A stretch of DNA of 64,000 nt from Candidatus Poribacteria bacterium (GTDB taxonomy: Bacteria > Poribacteria > WGA-4E > WGA-3G): positions 704,001-768,000 of the forward strand of contig CAXXLX010000001.1 in assembly GCA_963665235.2 (NCBI GenBank). Direction: 5' to 3'. Below the pieces are notes generated by a model. It was given only the letters and a program-made list of their open reading frames with translations. It was not told the origin of the DNA and made no database searches. Below are positions 30,244 to 40,926 of this stretch, piece after piece. Positions within the stretch are counted from its first letter, which is position 1; each line of letters opens with the position of its first letter. A program made the translations under genes and the position numbers.

Positions 30244-30309
30244 GTAGGGGTGAGGTCCCCTCGCCCTATAAACATGATTTCAAATCGGGCGGGGAAACCC
30301 CGCCCCTAC
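30244..30309. repeat. GTAG-type REP doublet inside the IS605 element
   Basis: GTAGGGGTGAGG..CCTCGCCC and GGGCGGGG..CCCCGCCCCTAC in inverted arrangement. Confidence 0.7.
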
Positions 30310-30504
30310 GCCCCGCACCTGCTAACGAAACAGAGGACTACAATTAAACCGGCATAATGTCTATTATACTATATCCCTTATCTGTTAGTTTCTATAATAG
30401 AGTATAACACATTTCCCATAAAAAGTCAAACGATTTGATTACAGATGCACGAGAGACGCGGGTTGGCCCCAAGTCTAAAGACTTGGGATTGTTAAGGGAG
30501 TCCC

Positions 30505-32575
30505 TTCAATTTTGCCGAAAGAAAATTCGCCACCGAGGCCGTTTTCTCCAGTGCGGGGTGTCCGGAGACGCATCGCAAAACGGTTGCCATCCTGTCCCAA
30601 AGTGAAGTTTCGATGGGTGATATCGCTGGAAAACGAGATAATCCGTGCCGGGCCGCTCTGATTCAAATTATCTGTTGTAACGACGCATTCAAGCGTTAGC
30701 TGATTGTGCCGTTGGCACGCTGCGAGGAGCGTCTCGTTTACACTCTTAGCGAGAAATGCCCCATCGGTTAGGTTCAGCTGCCCATCCTCAATTGATGCGT
30801 TGTCACGGGGTTCAATTTCATTCTGTCCTTTGCGCGTTATGCCAGGAAAACACAAGTCCATCGCGTGAGCAGGGGAATTCTGTGTGTGTTCCAATATCAG
30901 CTGGTGTTGCTGGTAACACATCAATAGTAAGAGCAGTTGTTGATGTTGTGCCTTCCGCGTCGGTGACGTGGAGCGTGGCGGTGTATTGTCCAAGGCTTTC
31001 GTAGACGTGCGTGGGATTGGATTTATCGGATGTTGTGCCATCTCCGAAATCCCAGTGTTGTGTCAAATCCCCCGTAGCGGAGAAGTTCACCGTGAGCGGG
31101 GCACTGCCTTGAACGACATCAGTCGACACTTTCGCCTCAGGACGCAGTTTTTCGCCCGGTGCATAAGGTGTAAAGCGGTATGCAAAATCGCTGGACGGCG
31201 AAGTAAACGTATATTCCCCTGGTTGCGCTGTCCCAATAGGCAATATTTTCATATTCCATGTATCCACGGCATCAATTTTATAGGGTCGGTCCCCGTGGAG
31301 GTCCACTGTGATTGTTTGCGGTTCAGTCGTGTAAACTAGATAATATTCACCCTGCTTGGCAAGGATGTATCGTCCTGCATCATCACCAATCGGTTCAAGC
31401 GTATCAAACGGTGGGGCATCCGCCATGAAATCTTTGAGGAATGCGATGCGTGGCGGACTTTCACCGCGAAGCATTCCGCCCTTTGCCCACCATAGTAGGT
31501 CTTCAGGGTGTTTGTACGTTTCGCCGTGGCCGACGTAGCATCCCGACACGGTGCCTGCCCAAAAGTGTTGGACCATCTGTTGTGCCGTGATATTTCCCCA
31601 ACCGTGTGGAATATCCCCCTCATAGCGGCATTCATCGTAGATAACCGGTTTTCCGTATTGGCCGCGATAGCGGATACCGTGCGCCATGTTTGATGTTTGG
31701 ATACTCGTGTGTGTCACCCACGGTTTGCTGTGGTCATACCAACGCCTACAGTTGTGAATTCCGCGTAATCGCTGGTATGGGTCATGGTCCCGGATGATTT
31801 GGAAAAAGCGGTCCCAGTCGGGTTCCGATTTTGCGGGCATGATGTCATACTCATTAGCAAGCGACCACCAGACGTTTCGGAAGGCAGCTAATCGTGCGAC
31901 GGCATATCGGATGTAGCGGTCATCACTTTCGGCATCCATGTTTTCAAAATTCCATCGGTCATAGGTGTGAAAAAGGATAATGTCGGCTTCAATACCGAGG
32001 TCTAACAGGTCTTGGACACGTTGTTCGAAATGCCGCCAGAATACAGGATTGAACTTTGTGAAGTTCCACTCCGTTAGCGGTTTTCCTTCAAACGGATAGT
32101 AAACCGGTTCATTCTTGTTGTAGACATAATCCTTCGGAAAGATACACATCCGTATTTTGTTGAAGGGGGAATTGACGAGCGTTTGCAGTGTCTGTTTCTC
32201 CATCGTCTTCCCTTGATGTGCCCAGGCATAACAGGTTGTCCCGAACTGATGGTACGGTGTGCCATCGGCATAACGAAGATAGAAATTTTTATGAACGTGC
32301 ACGGGCCCGTGGTTCGTTTCAGACGGTTCGATGCATGTGAACTGTCCTGTTTTGCCATTGAGTTGGGCACTATTACTTTTTGTGGTATAGGTCCATTCGC
32401 CAGGTTCGTCGGGCATGAATCGGATTTTGTAAATTCCGTTTCCATCGTAGAAACCGTGTGGTTCAAAAGTCTGCTCGTTCCGTTTAAATTCGGCTGTCAA
32501 TTCAACGTCAACAAATGGGTTTCCTATGTCCGGTCCATCTAATGTTAGCTCATATATTCCCCAACGTTCAACCAT
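30505..32575 (-). pseudogene. DUF5060/DUF4038/DUF5605 glycoside-hydrolase-like protein with PKD and LamG domains; frameshifted (~30825) and IS-interrupted
   Basis: GFYDGNGIYKIRFMP, GTTCYAW, WSLANEYD, WDFGDG (PKD); LamG-like sequence continues in another frame to the IS boundary. The 585-aa ORF 30818-32575 may still be expressed. Confidence 0.75.
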
Positions 32576-32855
32576 AGCGTCCTCCAGTATTCGGGCACCA
32601 GCCCGCTCCTAATTCTGTTTGTGTTGCGTCCAAGTATCCGCGAATGAAATGTTTGAATCATAGGCTTCCGCTCACCTGCCACCGTTGTTGCAGGTGTGAA
32701 AGTTAAAATTCTAGTTTGGAATTACACGTGTTGAAACAGTATACCTGAAAAATAGATGTGCGTCAAGAAAATTGAATTTACTTTGCAGTTTAATAAGGCG
32801 AATCTAAGGAAAAACGAACCGCAGGGATAGCGTACGGAGAATGCTTACTACCATA

Positions 32856-33085
32856 ACCTAAGTTGCCACATAGTAGCATAATCTTCCAGATTGTGCATAT
32901 TTGTGTGCACATAGTAGCATAATCTTCCAGATTGTGCATATTTGTGTGCACATAGTAGCATAATCTTCCAGATTGTGCATATTTGTGTGCACATAGTAGC
33001 ATAATCTTCCAGATTGTGCATATTTGTGTGCACATAGTAGCATAATCTTCCAGATTGTGCATATTTGTGTGCAAATTGGAAGTGG
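32856..33085 (+). repeat. MITE family B copy 2 (right end lost): 5 x 41-bp units
   Basis: Unit CACATAGTAGCATAATCTTCCAGATTGTGCATATTTGTGTG; GTAG at 32873, 32914, 32955, 32996, 33037. Confidence 0.9.
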
Positions 33086-33131
33086 CCATTTAGTTTTCGA
33101 TATTTTTCGCCGGTTTTTTAACAAACCTCTT

Positions 33132-33330
33132 CTATGGTTTGGATAATATCAGTCCGGTTGATGCCCGGTTTTCAAAGCATTTCTGATTTTTCTCAAAGTT
33201 CCTCACACAAGTCCAACTTGTAGAAAATAGACTCGAATGCACGCAAGCGCAGCCCCATCGGGGCGGAATGTTTATAGAAGCACACAACCACCCCACAACC
33301 TAGCCCCATCGGGGCGGAATGTTTATAGGA
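33132..33330 (+). mobile_element. MITE family C partial copy (left half)
   Basis: Aligns by eye with 27854-28050, including two GCCCCATCGGGGC hairpins. Confidence 0.75.
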
Positions 33331-33490
33331 TTCGATAATTGCCAGCGTTGCCAATCGCCAATTTACAATCCGCGAAATACGTGTAATCCGCGATTTGCAA
33401 GGCGAATTTAAGGAAAAACGAACCATAGGGATAGCGTACGGAGAATGCTTACTACCATAACCTAAGTTGCCACATAGTAGCATAATCTTC

Positions 33491-34731
33491 ATGAAGATTA
33501 AGAAATTAATTCGGTAATTTCTGTTTTTATGTTATCCTATTGTCCCAGGAGGTATTGTCTTATGTCAAAACGCCATGAACTTGAACTCAGTAAAGATGAA
33601 CGCCAAAGACTGATTGAACTCCGCGATACAGGGGAACCCGCTTATCTTCGGGAACGTGCGGCTGCCCTGCTAAAGATAGCCGCGGGAACTTCTCCACACA
33701 AAGTCGCCCTCAAAGGGCTGCTAAAGAAGCGAGATCCGGACACTGTTTATGCCTGGCTTCGCCGATACCAAGAAGAGGGCATTCAAGGATTGTTTCATAG
33801 ACCGGGCCGTGGCCGCAAACCCGCGTTCGCCCCCAAATCCCCCGAAGAAGCAGAAACCGAGGCGTTGACGGCTATAGGACAAGACCCGGGACAAGTCAAG
33901 GCACATCAAACGCGCTGGACGCTTCGCACGGTTGGCGAGGTTGTGCCGTGGCTTGCTAATATCTCTGTGCCGGGTATCCATCAAATCTTCTCACGCCTGG
34001 GCATCAGCTATAAGCGTGCTAGACTGTATTTGCAGAGTCCGGATACAGACTATGCCAAGAAAATCGAACGGATACAGCAAGTTTTAGAAGAGACCCATCA
34101 AAACCCACAGAACACGGCTGTGCTTTATCAAGATGAGTTCTCATTTTACCGAAACCCCACTATAGCAAAAGACTGGGCACAGACAGGGACAAAAACGCCA
34201 TTAGCCCATCAGAGTTATCAATCGGATAAAACTATTTATGGTATCGGTGCTATGAACCCCCATACAGGAGACGTTGTTTATCAGCAAGTGCCAAGCTGCA
34301 CAGTTGTAGCCCTCCATACATTTTATACCGAGATTTGCCAACGCTATCCCGACAAGCAACGGATTTATCTTATCCAAGATAATCGGGCGATACATTTTCA
34401 CGCCAATTTGATGGAGGCACTGCTGCCGCAATCGGTCTCCTTTGTGAAACCGACCCCGCCGAATTGGACCGGAAAACTTTCCGAGAAAATCGGTGAACTG
34501 ACAAAACTCCCGATTGAAATAGTGCAGCTGCCGACTTATGCGCCGTGGACAAATCCGATTGAGAAGTTATGGCGATGGGTGCGGCAATCGGTTCTGCATA
34601 TCCATCGCCTCTGCGATGAGTGGGAGACCCTCAAAGACAAGGTGCTTGACTTTATGACACAGTTTAGAGGCGGCTCACAAGCATTGCTACGCTATGTCGG
34701 ATTATTACCGAATTAATAAATTAATCTTCAT
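33491..34731 (+). mobile_element. IS630-family insertion sequence
   Basis: 28-bp TIR ATGAAGATTAAnnnATTAATTCGGTAAT (3 mismatches) enclosing a single transposase ORF. Confidence 0.9.
33562..34716 (+). CDS. IS630-family DDE transposase
   Basis: HTH with PGRGRKP; YQDEF, QDNRAIH, LPTYAPWTNPIEKLW catalytic motifs; AGGAGG RBS. Confidence 0.93.
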   Translation: MSKRHELELSKDERQRLIELRDTGEPAYLRERAAALLKIAAGTSPHKVALKGLLKKRDPDTVYAWLRRYQEEGIQGLFHRPGRGRKPAFAPKSPEEAETEALTAIGQDPGQVKAHQTRWTLRTVGEVVPWLANISVPGIHQIFSRLGISYKRARLYLQSPDTDYAKKIERIQQVLEETHQNPQNTAVLYQDEFSFYRNPTIAKDWAQTGTKTPLAHQSYQSDKTIYGIGAMNPHTGDVVYQQVPSCTVVALHTFYTEICQRYPDKQRIYLIQDNRAIHFHANLMEALLPQSVSFVKPTPPNWTGKLSEKIGELTKLPIEIVQLPTYAPWTNPIEKLWRWVRQSVLHIHRLCDEWETLKDKVLDFMTQFRGGSQALLRYVGLLPN

Positions 34732-35089
34732 CCAGATTGTGCATATTTGTGTGCACATAGTAGCATAATCTTCCAGATTGTGCATATTTGTGTGCACATA
34801 GTAGCATAATCTTCCAGATTGTGCATATTTGTGTGCAAATTGGAAGTGAACGGGACAAATATTAGCTAATTCTCAGCATATTTTCAGTAAAGCCGGTGTT
34901 TCCAGGTCTAAAAACTTATAAGTAGCAACTTGGGTTACCATATCTGCCCCATATCGTGCAGCACACAACCGAAACTGCACGCTTTCGTGCAGTTTATCAA
35001 CTGAGAGCCGTGATGTATAGACTTCAGATATTGGCATAGAAATTGCATATCATTTGATAGACATGCAAAAAGCAATTTGGAGGTCTCTT

Positions 35090-37405
35090 ATGAAAACACT
35101 TACTCCCCTTTTACGACAAAAGTTACAGGTTTTTCTCATTTTCATCGGTATAGCAGTGATACCGTGTGTTGCATTTGGACTTGAACCCATCGCTACGATT
35201 GGACAGCCGGTGCCTGAAGCACATGTCTTCCTTACGAATGATACGTTCCTTCGGGTCGTTCCAACACACCTTCAGGTTGTTGATATCGATATGAAAGAGG
35301 TCATAGCTGAATTCGGTGAGCGAACATATCTCAGCGATGTCGTGTTTAACCCGACCGGTTCACATGTCGCAATTCTAAACTATTCTACCGATACGGAGAA
35401 AACTACTGTAAACATCTGGGATGTTAACGCTAGAGAACAGATAAACGCGCTGGAGATAGAGGAAGAGAGCCGTATTTTTGATAACGCTGCTTTTAGTCCA
35501 ACACAACCTATATTGGCTCTCCCTATCGCTCGCGACATCCATTTATGGAACTGGCAGAATGGGGAGATTGTCGGAAAACTGATACGCGAAAATATGTCTA
35601 CTGGGGAGGCAATGATTTTCACGCCAGATGGCAACTATCTTATCATATCCACGTGGCAGCCGGGTATTGAGGTGTGGAACGTTGAAACCCGGCAGCTACA
35701 AGGACGGTATGAGGAACAGATTGTGCATCGGTTTGACACCTTGGCAATCAGTCCCGATGGCACAACGGTAGCGGCATTCGAAGAAAATTCAAATTTAATT
35801 TATGTTTGGAATGTGGAGACGCAACGACTGTTATGGCGCGAAAAGAATGGAATCAGCAGAATTTCAGATGTTGTCTTCAGTCCAGATAGCCAACGTTTGT
35901 ATGTTTCAAGTTGGACAGGTGGGTTACAGAGGTCTGGTGCTACTCCCTGGAAAGGTTGGGATGATAAAGTGCGCGTCTGGGATGTTAAATCGGGACAACA
36001 GATAGATACATTCGGCACCAAGTTTCATTATTTAGAAGCGATAACCCTCTCGCCGGATGAGAAAACTGTGCTCCTGCAATATTCGGATGTTGTTGTGCTA
36101 TGGGATATAGTGCAAAAGAAACTGCTGAACGTGTGGGCAGATTTTGTCGGACGCTGGAGAACTATTAGCAACTTGAGCCCTGATGGAAAAACCGTGGTCA
36201 CAATGTCTCGACAGTTTATTAAGACATGGGATGTTGCGTCCCAACAGATGGGTCTACTCATTTCTGCCGAGGACTATATGTTTGAAGGGTTTGCAATCTC
36301 TCCCGATAGCCAAAAAATCGCAGTGAGTAAAGAACCCTTGTTTGAGTTATACGACATTCGGACCGGTGAAGTTGAAACGCAATTTTCGGAGTACCTCTCA
36401 GCAGATTATGAAATCGCCTTCAGTCCCTCCGGCAGATGGATTGCAGTGGTTGATCTTTGGGGTGCTCTTATTATCTTTGACACTAAAAATCCGGGAAAAA
36501 AGCATGAACTTAATGTAAACTTGCCTATTGACAGACACTACTGCTATCAGCTCGCTTTCAGTAAAGATGGGACATATTTGGCAGCCTCCAGCCGGACAAA
36601 ACAGAATAATATCTATAAAGATTGGGTTCTGTTATGGCGGTTTGAGCGCGATACATTTACCTTTCGATACGCTTGGCGAGTGCCAGAACCCCTTGATGCA
36701 TCCCTCGCCTTTACAACCAGTCCCGATGGTTCGACAGTGTTAGCAGGCTCCGATGAGGAAAAAATCCGAATTTGGAAAATCTTGTCAGGCGGTTCTACAC
36801 TTTTAACAACGTTGAATGCAAAGGGACCGGGGCGATTTAGTTCAGCGGGTTCAATGCAATTTAGTCCAGATGGCCGCTATCTTTTTGTAAACCAAGATAG
36901 GCGTTTTCAAATCTGGGACTGGCAGACAAACAGGCCTATCGATCATGCTTCGCTTCCATATTTTAGTGCACTCAGTCAGGATGGGACTTTGTTGCTTTCA
37001 CCGGATTATATAACCGGACAATATGAGATATGGGATATAAGGAACGTCCTATCCCTCCTCCCCTATTCGGTTGAACCCCGCGGCAAGCGGCTTGTCACCC
37101 TCGGACAGATAAAACGGGCTCAACTCCTGCAAAACTTTCCGAACCCGTTCAACCCAGAGACCTGGATACCGTTTCGGCTTGCGACCGAAAGTCTTGTCAC
37201 CATTCGTATCTATACCCCCACCGGGAAGTTGGTCAGAACGTTATCCCCCGGACTCACGTCCGCCGGAGCACATGCATCACAAGCAAAGGCTGTGCACTGG
37301 GATGGGCGCAATGACGCGGGTGAACAGGTTAGCAGCGGTGTCTATCTTTATACTATCGATGCCGGTGGTTTCTCCGATACGCGCAAAATGTTGATAAAAA
37401 AATAA
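35090..37405 (+). CDS. Secreted WD40-repeat protein with C-terminal FlgD-Ig/sorting domain
   Basis: FSPDG/WD repeats; VEPRGKRLVTLGQIKR then QNFPNPFNPETWIPF...WDGRNDAGEQVSSGVY. Confidence 0.9.
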   Translation: MKTLTPLLRQKLQVFLIFIGIAVIPCVAFGLEPIATIGQPVPEAHVFLTNDTFLRVVPTHLQVVDIDMKEVIAEFGERTYLSDVVFNPTGSHVAILNYSTDTEKTTVNIWDVNAREQINALEIEEESRIFDNAAFSPTQPILALPIARDIHLWNWQNGEIVGKLIRENMSTGEAMIFTPDGNYLIISTWQPGIEVWNVETRQLQGRYEEQIVHRFDTLAISPDGTTVAAFEENSNLIYVWNVETQRLLWREKNGISRISDVVFSPDSQRLYVSSWTGGLQRSGATPWKGWDDKVRVWDVKSGQQIDTFGTKFHYLEAITLSPDEKTVLLQYSDVVVLWDIVQKKLLNVWADFVGRWRTISNLSPDGKTVVTMSRQFIKTWDVASQQMGLLISAEDYMFEGFAISPDSQKIAVSKEPLFELYDIRTGEVETQFSEYLSADYEIAFSPSGRWIAVVDLWGALIIFDTKNPGKKHELNVNLPIDRHYCYQLAFSKDGTYLAASSRTKQNNIYKDWVLLWRFERDTFTFRYAWRVPEPLDASLAFTTSPDGSTVLAGSDEEKIRIWKILSGGSTLLTTLNAKGPGRFSSAGSMQFSPDGRYLFVNQDRRFQIWDWQTNRPIDHASLPYFSALSQDGTLLLSPDYITGQYEIWDIRNVLSLLPYSVEPRGKRLVTLGQIKRAQLLQNFPNPFNPETWIPFRLATESLVTIRIYTPTGKLVRTLSPGLTSAGAHASQAKAVHWDGRNDAGEQVSSGVYLYTIDAGGFSDTRKMLIKK

Positions 37406-37418
37406 TTGGAGGTCTCTT

Positions 37419-39725
37419 ATGAAAACACTTACTCCCCTTTTACGACAAAAGTTACAGATTGTTCTCGTTTTCATCAGTATAGCAGCGATACCGTGTGTTG
37501 CGTTTAGTCTCGAACCTATCGCTACGATTGGACAGATTGGCCCGAAATCACATGCCTTCCTTACGAATGATACGCTCCTGCGGGTTGTTCCAACACACAT
37601 TGAGGTCGTTGATACCGATACTGGTGAGGTTATAGATGAATTCGGCAAGCTGAGATACCTCAACGATGCAGTGTTTAGCCCGACCAATTCGCACGCCGCA
37701 CTTCTAAGCTATTCTCGTGATACGGAGAAAACTATTATAAACATCTGGGATGTTAACGCCAGGGAACAGATAAACGCGCTGGAAATAGAGGGGCGCATTT
37801 TTGATAAAGCTGCCTTTAGTCCGACACAACCTATATTTGTGTTCCCTATCGCCCGCGAAATCTATTTATGGAACTGGCAGAATGGGGAGATTGTCGGAAA
37901 ACTGATACGCGAAAATATGTCTTCTGAGCAGGCACTGGTTTTCACGCCAGATGGAAACCATCTTATCATATCCACCCGGCAGCCGGGTATTGAGGTGTGG
38001 GACGTTGAAACCCGGCAGCTACAAGGATGGTATAAGAAACAGATTACGCATCGGCTTAACAACTTGACAATCAGTCCCGATGGCACAACGGTAGCGGCAT
38101 TCGAAGAAAATTCAAATTCACGCTTAATTTATGTTTGGGATGTGGGGACACAAGAGCTGTTATGGCGCGAAATAAGCGGCATTGGTAGAATTTCAGATGC
38201 TGTCTTCAGTCCAGATAGCCAACGTTTGTATGTAGCGAGTCAGACAGGCGCGCTGCAGAGGACAGGGGCTACTCCCTTCAAAGGTTGGGATGATAAAGTT
38301 CGCGTCTGGGATGTTAAATCGGGACAACAGTTGGATACATTCGGGCCCTCGTTTCATGATTTAGAAGCGATAACCCTCTCGCCGGATGGGCAAACGGTGC
38401 TCCTGCAATATTTCGATGCTGTCGTGCTATGGGATATAGCGCAAAAGAAACAGCAGCGTGTATGGACAGATTTTATCGGAAATCCGTGGTCCATTGGTGG
38501 ATTGAGCCCTGATGGAAAAACTGTAGTTGTAGTATCTCCACATTCTATTAAGACGTGGAATGTTACTTCACGGCGGATGGATTTATTCGTCTCTGCTGGA
38601 GACTATATGTTTGAAGAGTTCACAATCTCTCCCGACAGTCAAAAAATCGCTATTGGCAAATCTCCGTGGCTTGAACTACGCGATATTCAGACCGGTAAGG
38701 TTGAAACACGATTTCCACATCACATCACTGGTGCTAATCAGACAACCTTCAGTCCGTCTGGTAGATGGATTGTGGTGGTTGATTCCCGGCGTGATCTTCT
38801 GATCTTTGACGTAAAAAATCCTGATAAAATCCACAGAGTGCGTCCACGAGTCGAGCAGGAGACCGCAAATCTTTATCGGACTGCCTTCAGTGAAAATGGT
38901 GAATACCTTGTTGCTTCCGGAGAGACAGGAAGGAATAATCAGGAGAAATACTGGATTCTGTTGTGGAAACGCGAAGGCGACACCTTTGAATTTCAATATG
39001 CCTGGAACATTCCACAATGGGATACAAGTTTAGCACAAACGCTCACCCTCGCTTCTACTGAGGATGGCACAACGGTAGTGGCAGTCGCAGGACTAAAAAA
39101 TACCCAAATATGGGAAATTCTACCTAACACCGCTCAACTTGTAACAACACTGTTAGACACGAATGCGCCTATACATTTTAGTGCTGATAAGCGATACCTT
39201 CTTACTGATGGGAGTGATGACGAACTCCAGATATGGCATTGGCAAACAAATACGCCCATTAATCATCCATCAATATTGGGCTATTGGGCACTTAGTCAAG
39301 ATGGCTCTGCTCTTGCATCGTACAGTATGGGAAGATGCCGGATTTGGGATGCAACAAAAATCTTGCCTTCTCACTCCGAACTTACTGCTGTGGAACCGAA
39401 GGGTAAACAGCTCGTCACGCTTGGACAGATAAAGCGGGCTCAACTCCTACAGAACTTTCCGAACCCTTTCAACCCAGAGACCTGGATACCGTTTCGGCTT
39501 GCGACCGAAAGTCTTGTCACCATTCGTATCTATACCCCCACCGGGAAGTTGGTTAGAACGTTGTCCCCCGGACTCATGTCCGCCGGAGCACATGCATCAC
39601 AAGAAAAGGCGGTTCACTGGGATGGCCGCAATGACGCGGGCGAACAAGTTAGCAGCGGAGTCTATCTTTATACTATCAACGCCGGCGACTTCTCCGATAC
39701 GCGCAAAATGCTGATAAAAAAATGA
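37419..39725 (+). CDS. Tandem paralogue of the WD40 + FlgD-Ig protein
   Basis: Near-identical N- and C-termini to 35090-37405; diverged propeller. Confidence 0.9.
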   Translation: MKTLTPLLRQKLQIVLVFISIAAIPCVAFSLEPIATIGQIGPKSHAFLTNDTLLRVVPTHIEVVDTDTGEVIDEFGKLRYLNDAVFSPTNSHAALLSYSRDTEKTIINIWDVNAREQINALEIEGRIFDKAAFSPTQPIFVFPIAREIYLWNWQNGEIVGKLIRENMSSEQALVFTPDGNHLIISTRQPGIEVWDVETRQLQGWYKKQITHRLNNLTISPDGTTVAAFEENSNSRLIYVWDVGTQELLWREISGIGRISDAVFSPDSQRLYVASQTGALQRTGATPFKGWDDKVRVWDVKSGQQLDTFGPSFHDLEAITLSPDGQTVLLQYFDAVVLWDIAQKKQQRVWTDFIGNPWSIGGLSPDGKTVVVVSPHSIKTWNVTSRRMDLFVSAGDYMFEEFTISPDSQKIAIGKSPWLELRDIQTGKVETRFPHHITGANQTTFSPSGRWIVVVDSRRDLLIFDVKNPDKIHRVRPRVEQETANLYRTAFSENGEYLVASGETGRNNQEKYWILLWKREGDTFEFQYAWNIPQWDTSLAQTLTLASTEDGTTVVAVAGLKNTQIWEILPNTAQLVTTLLDTNAPIHFSADKRYLLTDGSDDELQIWHWQTNTPINHPSILGYWALSQDGSALASYSMGRCRIWDATKILPSHSELTAVEPKGKQLVTLGQIKRAQLLQNFPNPFNPETWIPFRLATESLVTIRIYTPTGKLVRTLSPGLMSAGAHASQEKAVHWDGRNDAGEQVSSGVYLYTINAGDFSDTRKMLIKK

Positions 39726-39765
39726 CAAAGGTTTTGGCACTACACAAAAAAGGAGATGCTTGAAC

Positions 39766-40830
39766 ATGAAAACGCAAAAATGGATTGTGCTTATTTTAGC
39801 GTTATTTTTGCTGCCGTATTATATTGTTCCATGTCCGAGTTATGGACAGCGAAAAAGCAAAATATATTGGACAGAAACGGGGAGAATCAAACGGGCAAAC
39901 CTCGACGGTTCTGAGATAGAAGATGTCCTAACGGAAACATTTTCTACCCGCGACCTTGCTCTGGATTTACGCAACCGGAAGATATATTGGACGGAAGGGC
40001 CGACAGCAGCTAAGATTCGCCGCGCAACGCTCGATGGGTTCAATGTCGAAAACATTGTTACCGGATTTGAGCTGCCACCTGACGTGGAACGTGTCACTGT
40101 AAGTTGCCGTAATAGGAAGTGTGAGGGCACAGCCTTACTCAAAGATGGGGCCCCTATTAAAATTCCTCATGAATTGCTACTTAACCCATACTGCCTCGCT
40201 ATAGATACTAACGCTGACAAAATATATTGGGCAAATTGGTACTTAAGATCAATTCTGCGGGGGAATCTTGACGGCTCCGATAGAAAAGAGCTTCCTATTA
40301 GAGAACAAAATTTACCACTAATGCGAACAATTGGTGCCCTGAATATCGAACTAGATTTAAAAGCAGGAAAGATGTACTGGACTGACGCGTGGTACAGTAG
40401 AATCACACGGGCGAATCTTGATGGCTCTGATCCTGAAGACCTTATAGCCGGACTGCGGTCGGTGTACGGCTTCGCGTTGGACCTTCATGCCCGGAAGATG
40501 TACTGGTCCAACACCTCTACCGGCAAAATTCAGCGGGCAGATCTTGATGGAAATAACATTGAAGACCTCGTTACAGAATTGAAGTTCTCACCCGATATCT
40601 TTCTAGACCTACAGGCCCACAAAATATATTGGGTAAACAGGGATTTGAGTACCGGAATAGGTAAAATCCAGCGCGCAAACTTTGATGGTTCCAACGTCAC
40701 AGATATTCTTACGGGATTAAATGAACCCTTTGCTATCGTTTTGGACCCCGGCGAAACTGACGGTGTTACCCCCGTTATCCCTGATGCAAATCAGCTAACA
40801 ACTACTTGGGCAAATGTGAAGTTCCAGTAG
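39766..40830 (+). CDS. LDL-receptor class B (YWTD) repeat secreted protein
   Basis: KIYWT...IQRANLDGS repeats; tail LTTTWANVKFQ. Confidence 0.9.
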   Translation: MKTQKWIVLILALFLLPYYIVPCPSYGQRKSKIYWTETGRIKRANLDGSEIEDVLTETFSTRDLALDLRNRKIYWTEGPTAAKIRRATLDGFNVENIVTGFELPPDVERVTVSCRNRKCEGTALLKDGAPIKIPHELLLNPYCLAIDTNADKIYWANWYLRSILRGNLDGSDRKELPIREQNLPLMRTIGALNIELDLKAGKMYWTDAWYSRITRANLDGSDPEDLIAGLRSVYGFALDLHARKMYWSNTSTGKIQRADLDGNNIEDLVTELKFSPDIFLDLQAHKIYWVNRDLSTGIGKIQRANFDGSNVTDILTGLNEPFAIVLDPGETDGVTPVIPDANQLTTTWANVKFQ

Positions 40831-40926
40831 GTTTAGGACTTACGATGTCGGGTTTTCTTTAACCTATAAACTGTGCAGGCCGCCTACACGGTCCGTAAAG
40901 TTTTTGTCAAAAGGAGATGCTTGAAC

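Larger units (their letters stand above)
28511..30504 (-). mobile_element. IS200/IS605-family element (tnpA + tnpB)
   Basis: Left-end hairpin CCCAAGTC-TTTA-GACTTGGG, right-end hairpin ACGCC-TTTA-GGCGT, terminal TCAC; inserted 3' of TTGAA with no TSD; excision restores the host reading frame. Confidence 0.9.
33460..34935 (+). mobile_element. MITE family B copy 3 (3 units), first unit interrupted by IS630
   Basis: ACCTAAGTTGC...GCAACTTGGGT with 7-bp TSD TACCATA. Confidence 0.88.

Noticed and set aside
32790-33492. Short ORFs over family B and C elements (likewise 27570-28198, 46216-46473, 55720-56393)
   Set aside because: Translations of non-coding repeats
33562-34716. IS630 transposase as the mobiliser of MITE families A-D
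   Set aside because: Its TIRs do not match any MITE ends and the TSD lengths (3, 7, 9, 7 bp) differ
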